Positions 13,229 to 26,867 of a DNA stretch of 64,000 nt are shown here, one piece after another. The position numbers were made by a program, and so were the translations under genes. The DNA lies in contig NC_058368.1 of NCBI RefSeq assembly GCF_018350175.1, forward strand, positions 17,920,001 to 17,984,000, in the 5' to 3' direction. The notes below the pieces were generated by a model. That model worked only from the letters and a program-made list of their open reading frames with translations. It was not told the origin of the DNA and did not search any database. How positions within the stretch are numbered: position 1 is the first letter of the stretch; each line of letters opens with the position of its first letter. Origin of the DNA: Felis catus. Taxonomy: Eukaryota.

Positions 13229-14349
13229 CAAATAATCCAGTGAAGAAATGGGCAGAAAACATGAATAGACACTTCTCTAAATGCATTTTATTTTTTTTTC
13301 TTTTTTCAACTTTTTTTTTTTTTTTTGGGGACAGAGAGAGACAGAGCATGAACGGGGGAGGGGCAGAGAGCGAGGGAGACACAGAATCGGAAACAGGCTC
13401 CAGGCTCCGAGCCATCAGCCCAGAGCCTGACACGGGGCTCGAACTCACGGATCGTGAGATCGTGACCTGGCTGAAGTCAGACGCTTAACCGACTGCGTCA
13501 CCCAGGCGCCCCTAGACACTTCTCTAAAGAAGACATCCAGGTGGCCAACAGGCACATGAAAAGATGCTCAACGTCACTCCTCATCAGGTAAATACAAATC
13601 AAAACCACACTCAGATATCACCTCACGCCAGTCAGAGTGGCCAAATGAACATTCAGGAGACTAGATGCTGGAGAGGATGTGGAGAAACGGGAACCCTCTT
13701 GCACTGTTGGTGGGAATGCAAATTGGTGCAGCTACTCTGGAAAACAGTGTGGAGATTCCTCAAAAATTAAAAATAGAACTACCCTATGACCCAGCAGTAG
13801 CACTGCTAGGAATTTACCCAAGGGATACAGGAGTACTGATGCATAGGGGCACTTGTACCCCAATGTTTAAAGCAGCACTCTCGACAATAGCCACATTATG
13901 GAAAGAGCCTAAATGTCCATCAACTGATGAATGGATTAAGAAGTTGTGGTTTATATACACAATGGAGTACTACGTGGCAATGAGAAAGAATGAAATATGG
14001 CCCTTTGTAGCAACGTGGATGGAACTGGAGAGTGTGATGCTAAGTGAAATAAGCCATACAGAGAAAGACAGATACCATATGTTTGCACTCTTATGTGGAT
14101 CCTGAGAAACTCAACAGAAACCCATGGGGGAAGGGAAGGGAAAAAAAAAAAGAGGTTAGAGTGGGAGAGAGCCAAAGCATAAGAGACTCTTAAAAACTGA
14201 GAACAAACTGAGGGTTGATGGGGGGTAGGAGGGACGGGAGGGGAGGTGATGGGCATTGTGAGGGCATCTTTTGGGATGAGCACTGGGTGTTGTATGGAAA
14301 CCAATTTGATAATAAATTTCACATATTAAAAAAAATAAAAATAAAAAAT
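13229..14349 (+). mobile_element. 5'-truncated carnivore/felid L1 (ORF2 C-terminus, 3' UTR, A tail) interrupted by a SINE
   Basis: ORFs give [20 protein letters not shown] and LPYDPAVALLGIYPRD...WKEPKCPSTDEWIKKLWFIYTMEYY; A-rich tail; TSD aa(c/t)tcatttagaa at 13216-13228 and 14350-14362. Confidence 0.93.
13282..13512 (-). mobile_element. Young felid SINE nested in L1
   Basis: Full SINE with a perfect 16-bp TSD tagacacttctctaaa at 13266-13281 and 13513-13528. Confidence 0.96.
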
Positions 14350-14750
14350 AATTCATTTAGAATCAGGACCCATAAGTGTTATAATTTCTTTCTGTTCTCA
14401 CCCTTGTCTGTCTGGCATATTTGGCAGAATCAGATAAGTAAAGGGTAATTTCTGAATACAGTCAAACCTTGAAAACCAGAGCTCTCTGTTAAGCAAACTG
14501 TTTATTTTTAAATGTTGCTGTAAAGAGAAGAAGAAGGAAAATAAGTTGATACCAAGATTCATGCAAGAGCTACTGTCAGGTGTATATTATCTTGGGAAGA
14601 AAGTCTTTTAATTGCATGCAAATTTCCCATCTAAAAAGAAACACAGTGACCCTGAGCAAAGTCTCTTAACTCCTCTACGTCCCTACTTACTTATCCGTTA
14701 AATGAGTGGCTAATACTTATCACTAAATTTCAGTGAGATTTTTAAAGAAC

Positions 14751-14955
14751 TTTTTCAGTTTATTATTTATTTTGAGAGAGAGAGAGAGGGAGTGAGCACA
14801 CATAGGGGAGGGGCAGACGGAGAGGGAGACAGAGAATCCCATGCAGGCTCCATGCTGTCAGCGCAGAGCCCAATGTGGGGCTCGAACTCATGAACCGTGA
14901 GATCATAACCTGAGCTGAAGTTAGACGCTTAACCCACTGAGCCACCCAGGTGCCC
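14751..14955 (-). mobile_element. CanSINE
   Basis: Reverse-complement SINE body ending gccacccaggtgccc. Confidence 0.92.
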
Positions 14956-15269
14956 TTGGCAAGCTTTTTAAACACAAGTTTATTGAAACTAATGTTCATA
15001 ATAATGAATATAAGGCAATGAAAGATTTTCAATAACAAAAAATTTAAGTATTAAATTATGCATGATATAATTTTGGAAGACAACAATATAATGTTGAAAG
15101 TTTTTTTTAAAAGGTGAAGAATAGAGTATTTTCATGGCCTTCAATTAGAAATTTCAATTAATAAGAACAATCGCATTTCCACCACACAGTCAAGTTAATC
15201 AAAGTACCATTGTAAATATTAAAATACTGGTCTTATGGACAATGGAACAACCACAACTTTATAGAGGAG

Positions 15270-15420
15270 CTGTGGGACCTCAGACAAGTTATCTAATCTT
15301 CATTCCATTGTCTGAAAAATAGAATAATTCCTGCCTCGCTGGGGGTTGTAAAGACTGAACGAGATCATGTCCATGAAGTGACTAGAATATAGCAGATAGC
15401 AAATAAATGTTAATTTCCCT
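15270..15420. mobile_element. MIR fragment
   Basis: ctgtgggacctcagacaagttatctaatc...tctgaaaaatagaataat...gttgtaaagactgaacgagat resembles the MIR core. Confidence 0.6.
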
Positions 15421-16661
15421 TTCTCCATCATCCCCAAGAAAACTCAAGAGTACTTCAACAACACATGATTAGAAATTACCTCTCAGCTGAATAATGCTCT
15501 TATCATTTTTCATTACTCAACATTCTCTCATAATGCTAAAATATTTTATTTTCCCAGATAGCACTTGCTTCAAAGTCACTTATCTCCCCTGTTTACTAGG
15601 TGGCAGGCTGATGATGCCATAAAAAAGAGCCATAGTAAATTTACTCATAAAAACAGTCTGACACAAGTTTGGGCTTCAGTTATATGCCGGTCTATGAAAT
15701 AAAGTCAGAAAATATCTGACAGTAACTTTGGTTAGTAGAAATGCCATAGAGAGTAGAAACCCTTGAACTTCCTAACTCTCCCCAGTACTAGGCAGGATAC
15801 CCTCTTTTTGGAAGGGAAGACTATCATTTTCTTAACGATGTTTTCTAAAATCTAAATGCCACTCTCTTAGCATATATTTAAGCAAAGTGAGCTTTTAAAG
15901 ATCCTTATCGGAAAGCATTCCATTCAATGAAACCCCTGTTAGTTTAATGTACTCATGCTTTTGGTCTTGGTCCACTAAGTTTAATTGGACAAAACAGACT
16001 AGGAGGGGCAGAGCCTGGGACCAGAGCTCCCGCTGGAGGGGTATCACTCTGGGTGCTGAGATGAGGCCCATCCATCTGACCAAACACAGCATCTGAGGAA
16101 ACGATAACAGGCAGGTACTAGAAGTCTCAGTGATGGTTAGTGGCCAGGGTGATATCAGCTTCAAGGCTAAGGGAGCACCCAGTGCCTCTCCTCTAGGGGC
16201 AGGGAGAGATGTCGTCCCAGGCAAGCTACAGCAGAGGCCCGTGGCTCCGTTCATTCCCTCGACTGGGATTCAAAGACAGTCTCTGGTTTCTGGGAAGACG
16301 AGGAGGAGACAAGGTCTTTTTCTAATGTGATTGGCCTAATGAACCGGAAACAGGATATGAATGCCGACAGGGTTCAACAGAGGCACTTGGATCTCGCAAA
16401 TAGGGAACGGAGTCAGAACTGGAGTAACGGAAGAGGACACTGCACACCCCCAAAGCCAATGGGACGGAACTCTGAAAGCCCACCTCCTCCTCCTCCAGTG
16501 TCATTCCTTGCTAGCAAGCACAATATGCATCACAGAAGATAAAAGCCATTTATTGAAAGCCAACCTCATGTCCCTGCTCCAGGCAGTGGGAAAGCAAAAA
16601 CATGGAGGAAAACTGTCTCTGCCTTAAAAAGCTCGAAGTCCAGTAGAAGAGGCAAAATTTT

Positions 16662-16856
16662 GGGCCGCCTGGGTGGCTCAGTGGGTTGAGCGTCTGACTT
16701 TGGCTCAGGTCATGATTTCCCAGTTTGTGAGTTCTAGTCCCACATGGGGCCCAGTGCTGTCGGCGCACAGCCAGCCCACGTCGGATCCTCTGTCCCCCTC
16801 CTGCTGTGCCCCTCCCCGGCTTGCGTTCTCTCAAAACCAAATAAACATTAAAAAAA
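16662..16856 (+). mobile_element. CanSINE (diverged)
   Basis: gggccgcctgggtggctcagtgggttgagcg head; ataaacattaaaaaa tail. Confidence 0.9.
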
Positions 16857-18621
16857 GGGGGGGGGCAAAATGTGACAAGTACTGTGTTGTAGATAGTTAC
16901 TGCATGCCGCAGAACACAAAGACATTCAACCTAGATCTGGTTAGGTGAGGAAAACCTCCTCAGATACATTTATTCAGTGTGCTTTGTTGAACTAAATCCT
17001 CAGACAGTCACTATGGCAGTCTTCTATCCTCTCTTCCCTAGAGGGGAGACATTTCTTTGACTGTCTCATCTTCAACATGTAAGAAATCCCTTCCCTTGAC
17101 CAAACACCCTCTAAATTCTCTGACGGCATTGTTATCGGACAAATGGTGATCTCTGCCACAAGACCAACTGAGTTTTTGGTCTACACGGGCATCAGAAGGC
17201 CACACGGGAGAGCAGGCACTCAAAAATTATCAACATGGCTGCTGTCCAAATCCGCTAGGTTATTTCCTAAGCAAGAGTTATTTCCTGAGCTCCAAATCAA
17301 CATTATTAATAATGATCAGGCAGCACACACCTCCTGTTAGCACTGAGCCACATGCTTTGCTTAAATAAATAATGTTTTGATGAATAAATGATTCGTCTTC
17401 ACAACTGATCTACGAGATAGTATACGTAACCACCACTCCATAGATGAGAAAACCAAGATCCAGAAAGTAAATAGATTTTCTCAAGGTTATGTAACTAGGA
17501 AGTAAAAATCCTTCTGGTGGAGCCAGGATTTAATTCCTGCGGCTTGTCTCCAAAGTCTGGGGAAGTCTACAAGCCTGCTTCTCATCTACAGACTCGCTCT
17601 TTTCAATTACTACCTGGTAATACTCCAGCACAATCTAAGCTATGGAAACTACCTAACACGGTACAGCATTCGGCTGTTTTCAAAATAGTTTTACGTGTGT
17701 CATCCAATGGCTACGCCAAACCTCGTGACTCCATGTTGGCTCCGGCATCGAATCTGAGGTTTTAGCGTGGCAAACAGGACCAACACTTGACCAGCTGGCC
17801 CCAGGTGACATGCTAGCCTCCTCCCTTGCTGTCCTTCCCCTTCCTCTGCTTTCTTAGCTTTCTGTGCTGGAGACAGCTCTTGTCCAGATCCATGTGGCTT
17901 CCTCTGACCAAAGGCCTTTCCCACTTTTCTGCCTGACCGTCGGCTTCAGCTATTCAGGCCCCAGATGGTCCCCGTCTAGAAAGCTCTACCCGCCTCCTCC
18001 CCACTCCCTGGCACTAGCTGATGGCTCCCTCCATCATACTTTTAGAATGCCAGCATGGCAGCACTTAACCTCCTTGCATTAATAACTTGTCTGCCACCCT
18101 CTTCCTAAAGCCTTACTAATCAAGGTGTGGCCCGTGCCCCTGCAGCATGGACATCTCCCAGGGATCTCAGGTGCTGCGCAAACCCCCAGCATCAGAGTCG
18201 ACATTACTAACAAGGTCTCCTTGACTCTGGTGCACATCAGACTTGGCGAAGAGCTTCTCTCACAGGCTGTGGATTTCAGGGTAAAACGGTGGATCCTCAG
18301 AACTCAGCACAGAACCCATCACTGAGCGCATACTCTGTTTGTTGAATCATAGTGAATATGTGATCTCATTTGATTCTCACAACAACCTTCGGAGACAGGA
18401 ACCACTATCTCTATGTTACAGATGAGAAAACCGAGGCCAGAGGCTTTAAGAAAATTTCCTAGAACTCACATGACATTTATTTCAGTCTTACGATATCGCC
18501 CAGGTTAGATTAGCAGACACTTTGCTTTCAACGTTTAAGCACTCATTCGTTCCTTTATGTGGTAAAACCTTACTGAGCATCCACCATGGCCGGTACATTG
18601 TACTCAGATTTAAGATGTAGA

Positions 18622-18850
18622 GGGGCTCATGGGTGGCTCAGTCGGTTAAGCGTTTAACTTCAGCTCAGGTCATGATATCACGATTCGTGGGTTCGAGCCC
18701 TGCATCAGGCTCTGTGCTGACAGCTCAGAGCCTGGAGCCTGCTTCGGATTCTGTGTCTTCCTCTCTCCCTGTTCCTCCCCCCATTCCTGCTCTGTCTCTC
18801 AAAATAAATAAAAAATGTTTAAAATTTTTTTTAAAAATTATGTAAAAAAA
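18622..18850 (+). mobile_element. CanSINE
   Basis: Full element; TSD aagatgtaga at 18612-18621 and 18851-18860. Confidence 0.93.
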
Positions 18851-19524
18851 AAGATGTAGAAGAAGACTAACCAAATCAGACTGTACCCTCATGGAGATAC
18901 CAACAAGTAAAAAGCAATCCTCATCCAGTGTGAGAAGTGCCATGTGGTACAGCAGAAACAGGGAGGAAAGACCCAGAACTCAGACGTAGGGCCAGGCTGT
19001 CTATGGAAAAAAAAAAAAAAACATGTGTTAAGACTTCATTTATTTCATTTATCCCTTAATTTTCTAAGACCACATTTGTGGGTGCATGTGTCTGTGTGTG
19101 TGTATGTGTGTGTGTGTGTGTGCATGCATGTGCATGTGTGTGTACAACATGTGCATACAGAGGAAAATGAGGAGGAAAAATGAGAAGAGGCATTTTAAAC
19201 AGCCTACAGCCCACACTGCCAAACAAAATCTGGTAAGGTAGGATAGAGAAAAAGACCCACCAGGGTGCCGTTCGGTTTTCAATGCATCAAAGATTTACAC
19301 ACTCATCCCATTATCATTAATGGCTGTTATGAACGTAATTTGTCCCCACGCACCAAGGGGAGAATAAATTTCTCACAGAGGGGAAATAGAGGGTATTCAA
19401 AGAAAAAAAAATTTTATGCAGAAGGCTGATGACTGCTAGCTGATAATGAATGCAGTAGGAGTAATAATAATTTTTTAAATTCCTCATTAAATGAGTCATA
19501 AAGGTCACAGGGCAATACTAGAAA

Positions 19525-19552
19525 CACACACACACCCCAACACACACACATA

Positions 19553-19595
<43 letters not shown>
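19525..19595. repeat. Interrupted (CA)n microsatellite
   Basis: CA runs with short interruptions. Confidence 0.9.
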
Positions 19596-19597
<2 letters not shown>

Positions 19598-19646
19598 CAT
19601 CTCTAAATGATCCAGCAAAGCAACAATGACAAAAAAATGCCTTTAT

Positions 19647-19840
19647 GGGGTGGCTCAGTCAGTTAAGCGTCCAACTTCAGCTCAAGTCATGATCCTGTGG
19701 TTTGTGGGTTCGAGCCCTGCGTCAGGCTCTATGCTGACCACTCAGGGCCTGAAGTCTACTCAAATTCTGTGTCTCCCTCTCTTTCTACCCTTCCCCTGCT
19801 CTTGCTTAAGTTCAGGGCTAAACAAATTAAAAATAAAAAT
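19647..19840 (+). mobile_element. CanSINE (5'-clipped)
   Basis: gggtggctcagtcagttaagcgtcc...gttcgagccctgcgtcaggctct. Confidence 0.85.
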
Positions 19841-20963
19841 CAGGATGAAGTGAAAATAAAAGGAAGATGAAATTCCAATAACTTTAATTATAAAGATCAT
19901 ATTTTTTAAAAAAACAGAGAAGTACAGGATGGATCAGGATAGTCCACTCTCCCAAAGTCGCTATATCTATTGATGACAGAAACAAAATACAGAAAGATAT
20001 CTTTGTGCAGAAGAAACAGCAAACACATTCCTAAGTGACTAGAATAAATGAGGCAGGTAGTTGTTAAGTGACTTATACAGTTCAATATAGGTGTTAGATA
20101 ATTAGATAAGGGACCAAAAATGTTCTTAGAGGGTAAGAGCTTACAAGTCAGCAGCATAGAAGCATTCTCAAGAGCAGCACTGTTGCATATTTTAATGTCT
20201 TCTTGGCTCATAAGAATAAAACAACAGGCAAAGTAGAGGTATGGGACTTGGAACATCATTTATACTTTCCTGGGGGCAGCATCTCTTAAGGTGATTGGGA
20301 GGTTTTTGTTCCTCATCAGATCCTTATTAGTCCATTGTCATGTCTCCAAATTTTATTATTCCTACCAGGGTAACAGATTATAGCCATGATCTCAGGTCAT
20401 AAAGCGTAACAGCTAACTCAGGGGATTGGAAACAAAATTTGGAATGAAGAATGGCATGTTCCTTTACTTCCCAGAGCCTCTGCATCCTCCCCTGTAAAAC
20501 GAGGTTAATAGACAGGGTCCCCTAGGGCTGTCCAGTAAGAGAACACACACTTGAATATTCCCCACAGGCAACCGAAACTGTGTAATATAGATGTGAATCT
20601 CCTAGAACCAGGCCAGGCCCACGGTGAGCACTCAGTAAACACGGGCTGCTATTCTTGCACTGGAAAGCTTCCTGCCATCGAGAGTCAGTAAATACAGGAA
20701 ATTCTGAGCTGTTTTCCTCTGGAGAGTTTTTTTTTTTAAAGAAATCCAGTACAGGTTTAGCCAAATCAGTAGATAAATTGCCAAGTTCGGGGATAAACTC
20801 CCTTTGGCACACTCTGAATATAGCACCTAACACAACATCATAAATAGAGAGTGCCAAATGAGGAATATTTGATAAAAATGGTAAAGTCTAGTGCCAGGGT
20901 TAAATGAGGTGACCTCTTCAGACTCCTGCCAAACGGAAGCAGTAAAGGGAAAAAAATATTAAA

Positions 20964-20995
<32 letters not shown>
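20964..20995. repeat. (TATC)8 tetranucleotide microsatellite
   Basis: Perfect TATC run. Confidence 0.92.
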
Positions 20996-20996
<1 letters not shown>

Positions 20997-21382
20997 GGAC
21001 TGTGTCATCCAGATTGGGCCACAGCAACAAGTATCTGTGCATCTTCAAATTTCTATACTGTGGTCAGTGGCCAATGCAGTAAAAACTCAAGAGCCCCAAA
21101 TAGTCCCTGATTCTGCTTGTAATATGTCACCTGTAACCGCCCCACCTAGAGGTGAACTGCATATCAAAAGAAATTGCTGTGGCACCAAATGAGACTCCCA
21201 AAAAACTGCACTGGTATATTACACTATTCTGGTTGCCTTTGGGAAATATGCAAGTTGAAAGCATCTAACCACAGGCAAGTGATTTGAATTGGGATCTCAG
21301 GAAAGAGAAGCTCTGATAAATATTAAGTTTGCTTATTTAACATAAAGCCTTTGTGTGTTATGGGTTATAAATACCACTTCCA

Positions 21383-21543
21383 GGGATGCCTGAGTGGCTC
21401 AGTCAGTTAAGTGTCCAACCCTTGATCTCAGCTCAGGTTTTGATCTCAGGGTCGTGAGTTCAAGTCCCAAGTTGGGCTCTGCTGTGCTGGGTGTGAAGCC
21501 TACTTAAAAAAAAAAAAAGAAAGAAAGAAAAGAAAAGAAAAAA
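21383..21543 (+). mobile_element. Short CanSINE lacking the (CT)n tract
   Basis: gggatgcctgagtggctcagtc head running into gaagcctacttaaaaaa; ataccactt on both flanks. Confidence 0.85.
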
Positions 21544-21735
21544 GGATACCACTTTCACACTTCCATATTCTGCCAGGGAACAATTCTCATCTGGAAACTG
21601 GTGCAATATACCAACTCTAATGCAACAAAATGAAAAAATGCTGATGGGGCAAGGTTCTGGAAAATCTGTCTATATACCTAATTATTTTCATAGCTAGCAT
21701 TCCTCAATATTAAGTAAAATAAAAATAAAGGGCAG

Positions 21736-21927
21736 GGGCACCTGGTTGGCTCATTGGTTAAGCATCTGACTCTTGATCTCAGCTCAGGTCCTGATCTCAT
21801 GGTTCCTGAGATCAAGTCCCGTGTCAGGCTCTGTGCTGACAGCATGGAACCTGCTTCAGATTCTCTCTCTCCTTCTCCCTCTACCCCTCCCCCCCCCCCA
21901 AATAAATAAATAAACTTAAAAAATACA
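21736..21927 (+). mobile_element. CanSINE
   Basis: Full element; aaataaagggca on both sides as TSD. Confidence 0.92.
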
Positions 21928-24124
21928 AATAAAGGGCAATGAATTAAAGATTGTATTCTCTGGATAACTGGCAATCCCAAGGCATAAACATTTCTTTCAC
22001 ATTCCAATATTCTAAAAATACTCCAAAGATCAAAATGACCAATGCCCTTTAAAAGATACCATTCACTTAGGGGAAATTAAAAAACAAAAAAAACCAAAAA
22101 AACCCATCCAGAAACAAGTATGCCATCCAGCTCGTCCCATGTCCAAGAAGATAAACCAAGAAAGAAAACATAGGGGAGAAGCCATTAAACTAGACTATAA
22201 TATAGCCCATCGTAGAGTAATAAAGTGTTCTTTTAAGAAAGTACTCCAGTTTATGTTAAAAACAGTATCATTTCTAACTACTCCGGTCAAAAATAAAGAG
22301 TTCCTATTTGTTTTGGGAGATTTTTCGGGTTTTGTTTGTTTTGAGTTTAAGTTTACTGCAAATTACTTACGACAATACAGTTCTTAAAAAGTGCAAACTG
22401 AAGCCCCAACTGTAATTGTGGTGTCGTGGTTTTTATACTTGTGTAGTTGTTAAAAGAAGATGAAATGCTGGCACAGCTATCACAGAGGGCAGAGAACAAG
22501 CTACTGAATGAGGAGGAAATGTCTGAGGAAAGAGGAGGGAAGTGAAGAGTAGTCTGAAAGGGATTTGGGTGGGAACAGTGGGGTTTTCTCAGTCTGCATT
22601 AATTGGCTTATTTCTGAATGAACATGTGACTATTATAAAAGAACAGTCTGTATAATCTAGTAAAACTCTGTAAATTCCTGGCAGAGTCAATTTGAAAGTA
22701 TAAGGCTGACAAGGCCTTCTTTTGAAAATCTGAGAACTATTTGCATGAGAATTATCTCTCTGAAGTGAGCAAATTCCAGTCGTGTTGACTCACTGCCTTC
22801 ACCACCTACATTGGGGCTCCCTGGCCAGTGAGTTCCAGCCCACAGTGTGGGGGATTCCAGGATCAGATCTGCTCAGAGGAGTCATGTGGGGCATAACACA
22901 GGAACACAATGAGAAAGCCTGTTGCCAAGAAAAAAAAAAAAAAAGCCAAAAGGGCATTTTGTTTATATTTTAACTCAATTTTTAAGCAATTCCACCCAAA
23001 AATCTATCTGAAACACAAACTTAAACACAGGAAGAGCTTCTGGGAACTTGAGAAACTGAATAATTTTTACAGCAACTTTATGCCTCTCAGGTTCGAAGTG
23101 TCAACGCATGATGTTATCTTGTTGGAAAGAGTAAAAAGAAGAGGTCAAAGCCTTCAGATGGAAGTGTTCACCATCTCTTTAAGAGGAAGGAAATTATATT
23201 TAGCTGGAGAGAGGAACAAAGGAACATCTGACTTCTAATTGTCTAGCTCCTCCTTTTCCTTATATTCTATTAAGGCAACCAACTTGTCTTCTTCCTATCC
23301 CTCAAGCATCATTTTGAAATAATAAATCCTTAGAAAGCAGAAACAGTATCGCGATAACTTCCAATATATTTTATCTATTGTGGCATCACTCGTAAAAGCT
23401 TTCTGAGATTCACAAAGTAATAAAGGATAAGGGTTCACTCTGAAGGGCACTGAAGCAAAATTGAAAGCGACCTCTCCTTGGGGAACTTGTCTCAAACCTG
23501 GGTTCAAGTCCAACTTCTACCTTTAGCTGGCTGTGTTATCTTGGACAAGGTACGTAACTTCCCTGGGTCTTCATCTCTTTAGCCTCAAAACTGGGGTTTA
23601 GAATCACACTCATCTCCCAGAATCCTTGTGAGAAAATGTATGCTAAGCATTTTACAAGGTGCCTTTCACATAATAAGCACTGAATAAATGTTAAGTAGTA
23701 TTATTTTTTTGGCTAATATCAAAGAACATTTCGATTATTGAAAAGGTCTGGGCATTAGTGCATGCTTGGTCCCAAATAAAGGTTAGGAAACTCCAAATTT
23801 CAGGCACAGAATTGAAGAGGAATAAGTACTGGTATTCTAGATTCCCACGTAAAAAAAACATTTTTAGGATAAAAGAATAATTTACATTAAAAAAATTCCC
23901 TGTAAAAATCTCAAATTTTAAAAGAATAAAGTGACCATAGGAAATTATCGGTGTTATTTTCTATGACACCCAATGTATTATCTGAATTTTAAGTTCTGCG
24001 TTGTATCTAACAAACTTTCATGCTCCATATTTCTAAGACTTTAACCACAGGGAAATAGAAAATGAGCACAAAATCCAATCCATAACTTGAATTATCAAGG
24101 AAAAGATAAGCAATCTTTTAGAGT

Positions 24125-24302
24125 AAGGATCGGTAGATGTTTTCCATAAATCTCCAAACAGTAAATATTTTAAGCTTTGTAAGGCCTCTCTCCCTCCTCC
24201 CTCCTCCCCCTCTCTTCCTCTTTCAGTTAACTCTTTAAAAATGTAAAAACCATTCTCTGCTCAAAGGCTATTATATAAAAAAACAGGCCTCGGGCCACAT
24301 TT
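24125..24302. mobile_element. MER58-family fragment (B/C-like)
   Basis: agtaaatattttaagctttg...aaaaatgtaaaaaccattct...aaaaacaggcctcgggcc. Confidence 0.55.
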
Positions 24303-24350
24303 CTGTTCTGGAGTTCTGGAGCACGGAGGGAGCGAGGGACAAGAGGAGAG

Positions 24351-24812
24351 ACCAAATCCTGCAGGCAGCCTGCTTTTGTAAATAAAGTTTTATTGGGACA
24401 CTATTACTGCCATTCATTTACAAATTGCTTACTGGCTATTTTCTGAGCCCAAAAAATATGGAGTCTTTTTTTTAAATACTCTGGAGTATTTTTTTTAAAA
24501 AATGTTTAATGTTTATTGATTTTTGAGAAAGAGAGACAGAGCCCAAGCAAGGAGGGGCAGAAAGAGGGAGACACAGAATCCAAAGCAGGCTCCAGGCTCT
24601 GAGCTGTCAGCACAGACAGAGCCCGAGGAAGACGTGGGGCTCAAACTCACGAACCGTGAGATCATGACCTGAGCCGAAGTTGGACGCTTAACCGACTGAG
24701 CCACCCAGGTGCCCCAGACTTGAATACTTTTAACAGAGAGAGACCCTGGGGGCCCACAAGCCAAATATATTTACTATCTGACCCTTTACAGAAAAATATT
24801 TGCCAATCTCTG
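24351..24812. mobile_element. MER58A-like relic (opposite orientation to 1352-1553) split by a SINE
   Basis: ttttgtaaataaagttttattggg on the left and ggcccacaagcc..atatttactatctgaccctttacagaaaa..tttgcc on the right of the SINE. Confidence 0.7.
24490..24715 (-). mobile_element. CanSINE nested in MER58
   Basis: Reverse-complement SINE ending ccacccaggtgcccc. Confidence 0.92.
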
Positions 24813-26299
24813 TCCTGGAGTAATAAGAATGTTTCATTAATATAACTTTTCACGGTTACTTTCCAGTATAGGAAGAACTGGAACAGATGCCCTTAGTTAC
24901 TTCGTTGAGGCTTTTTTTCCCCATTGGTAAACACCATAAAAGCCAAAACATACTAAATTTTATACATGAAACTAGTGTAGGGTAGAGAAAACTTCCAGAT
25001 ACCCATTTGTTTCTTTAAATGGGTGGCATATATTTTCATAGCTTTTGTAACAACAGAGAATAGGAAATATTGCCTCTTATGGAATGTTGAGAGAAAGCAA
25101 TACAAAGCTGAAATAGCCTGTCCAAAGGCCCAGAATAGGATACACAACATAAACTTAGGCAAGAAAAACACCCTCTTGCGGTATATGAGCGTTGGGTGAG
25201 ATTGCATGGTGTTTAGAATGCAGTTGCCCAGTTTACTCAGGGCAATGACCTGGTCAGTTCTGAAAGCTGCTTCATTTTCAATTTGGAAAATACTAGAACA
25301 AAGTATAAACCTATGCCAACAGAGCAAAGCACCAGACATACATACATATGGCCCATAAGACTACAAAAATCTAATCCAAATGCAATCATTTCCAAAAGCT
25401 ACGTTTACCAACTAGCCAGTTTTCTCTTAATTCTGTAAACAGAATATTTTAGCCTAGAAATTAAATTTGGAAAGCACTGTGAAATCATTTTCCTATCTTG
25501 CATTTCACTTTCTCCCTGTATGATGCCGTAAAGTCAAAACACCTCGCGGCCCAGCTCAGAAACTCCAAGCTGAGGCTCTTCCTCCTCCCCTCCCACCACT
25601 CCCTCCTCTGTCCAGATCAGGTGGCGGCTACCACAACCTCCAGGGAAGAGCTCCTGTTTTGCTGCCCGATGGCAGGCCAGAATCTGAGGAGACTTTATCC
25701 AGTGACTTCAATCACGGAATGATAGAGAGTTCACCAAACAGAGAGGGTTTTCTGTTGAGCCCTTACCCATTCTCTTCAATCTGAACAGTTAACGGTTTTC
25801 ATTGGTGCTCAAAACCATTTTCTATGCTGGTTTTCATTACCACTTAAAAACTGAAAACCTCAGCAAAGTAAAATCCGTGAGATTAGAGATCATGTCTGTC
25901 CTGCTCACCAGTATTTCTAGCCTCTAGCTCAGTGCTGGGCACACAGTAAATATACATAAAGTAAATATTGCTGGTGGACAGATGGATGGATGAATAGATG
26001 GGTGGATGAAAACTATAAACATCAGAATGCTGCTGGTTTTCTTAAGCTAGGCAGTGTTGAATAACTGTCAAACGTGGTGATTTAGGAGTTTATAATTATA
26101 GGGAATCTATTACCAGTGAACTGATGTCAACAAGCAGAGTCTAGATGGCTAAATCTTGGAACCCTTCAAATGACTATTCTCATTTCCAAAAGGGAAAAAC
26201 TTCAGTTTTTGGAAACACTGATCAATAATTTTTTTATTGAAAACCCTAAAAAAAATTGCAGATTTAACTACTAACTAAATGGTCTAAAAGGTTTACTCA

Positions 26300-26530
26300 A
26301 GAGAAAGAAGATTACTGGAAAACAGCACTATGTCACTAAGAATAAACTGTACTAAATTCAGCTCAATTTTAGTTTTGATGAGTTAAAAAAATGCTACAGA
26401 CATAATGTGTCTCCATTTTTGCAAGGCATTTGACAACTTAATATTCTTAATGGTCAATATGGAAAAGTCTAGAGTGGAGGTCAGGACAATGAAGTAGATT
26501 CACAGTGAAAAACGATCATTAAAGAGTGCT
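26300..26530 (+). mobile_element. Ancient CR1/L3 LINE reverse-transcriptase fragment
   Basis: Manual translation gives QHYVTKNK... and NATDIMCLHFCKAFDN, resembling CR1 RT motifs QHGFTKNKSC and AVDIVYLDFSKAFD. Confidence 0.6.
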
Positions 26531-26867
26531 ATTAATTAATTTCTTAATCTTTTTGTATGTGCAGGGGTGCAACTAGAAACAACAGAAGTGAGAGGAAAGC
26601 ACAAGCTTCAATAATGAAATACTAAAAATGCTGGCAATCAGAAAAGTTGTAAAATGGGTGAAACGACTTGCAGATGGTCTTCGCACTTGTTCAAGTGCAC
26701 AGTGGCTCTGATTGTCCAGAAGTGGTGACCCAGAATGGCCAGAGATAAATCCGCTCTTGCGTGCCTTTCCTTTTAAAATTCTGTAAGTCAATGAAATAGC
26801 GGATAGAAGGGGAAGGAGGGCATAATGGAAAACCATAGGTGCAAGTCATGTCTCCAATGTAGCTTTT

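Noticed and set aside
13665..14105. 146-aa ORF and similar ORFs at 46296-46712 and 28980-29183
   Set aside because: Frameshifted C-terminal remnants of L1 ORF2 in truncated elements, not genes.
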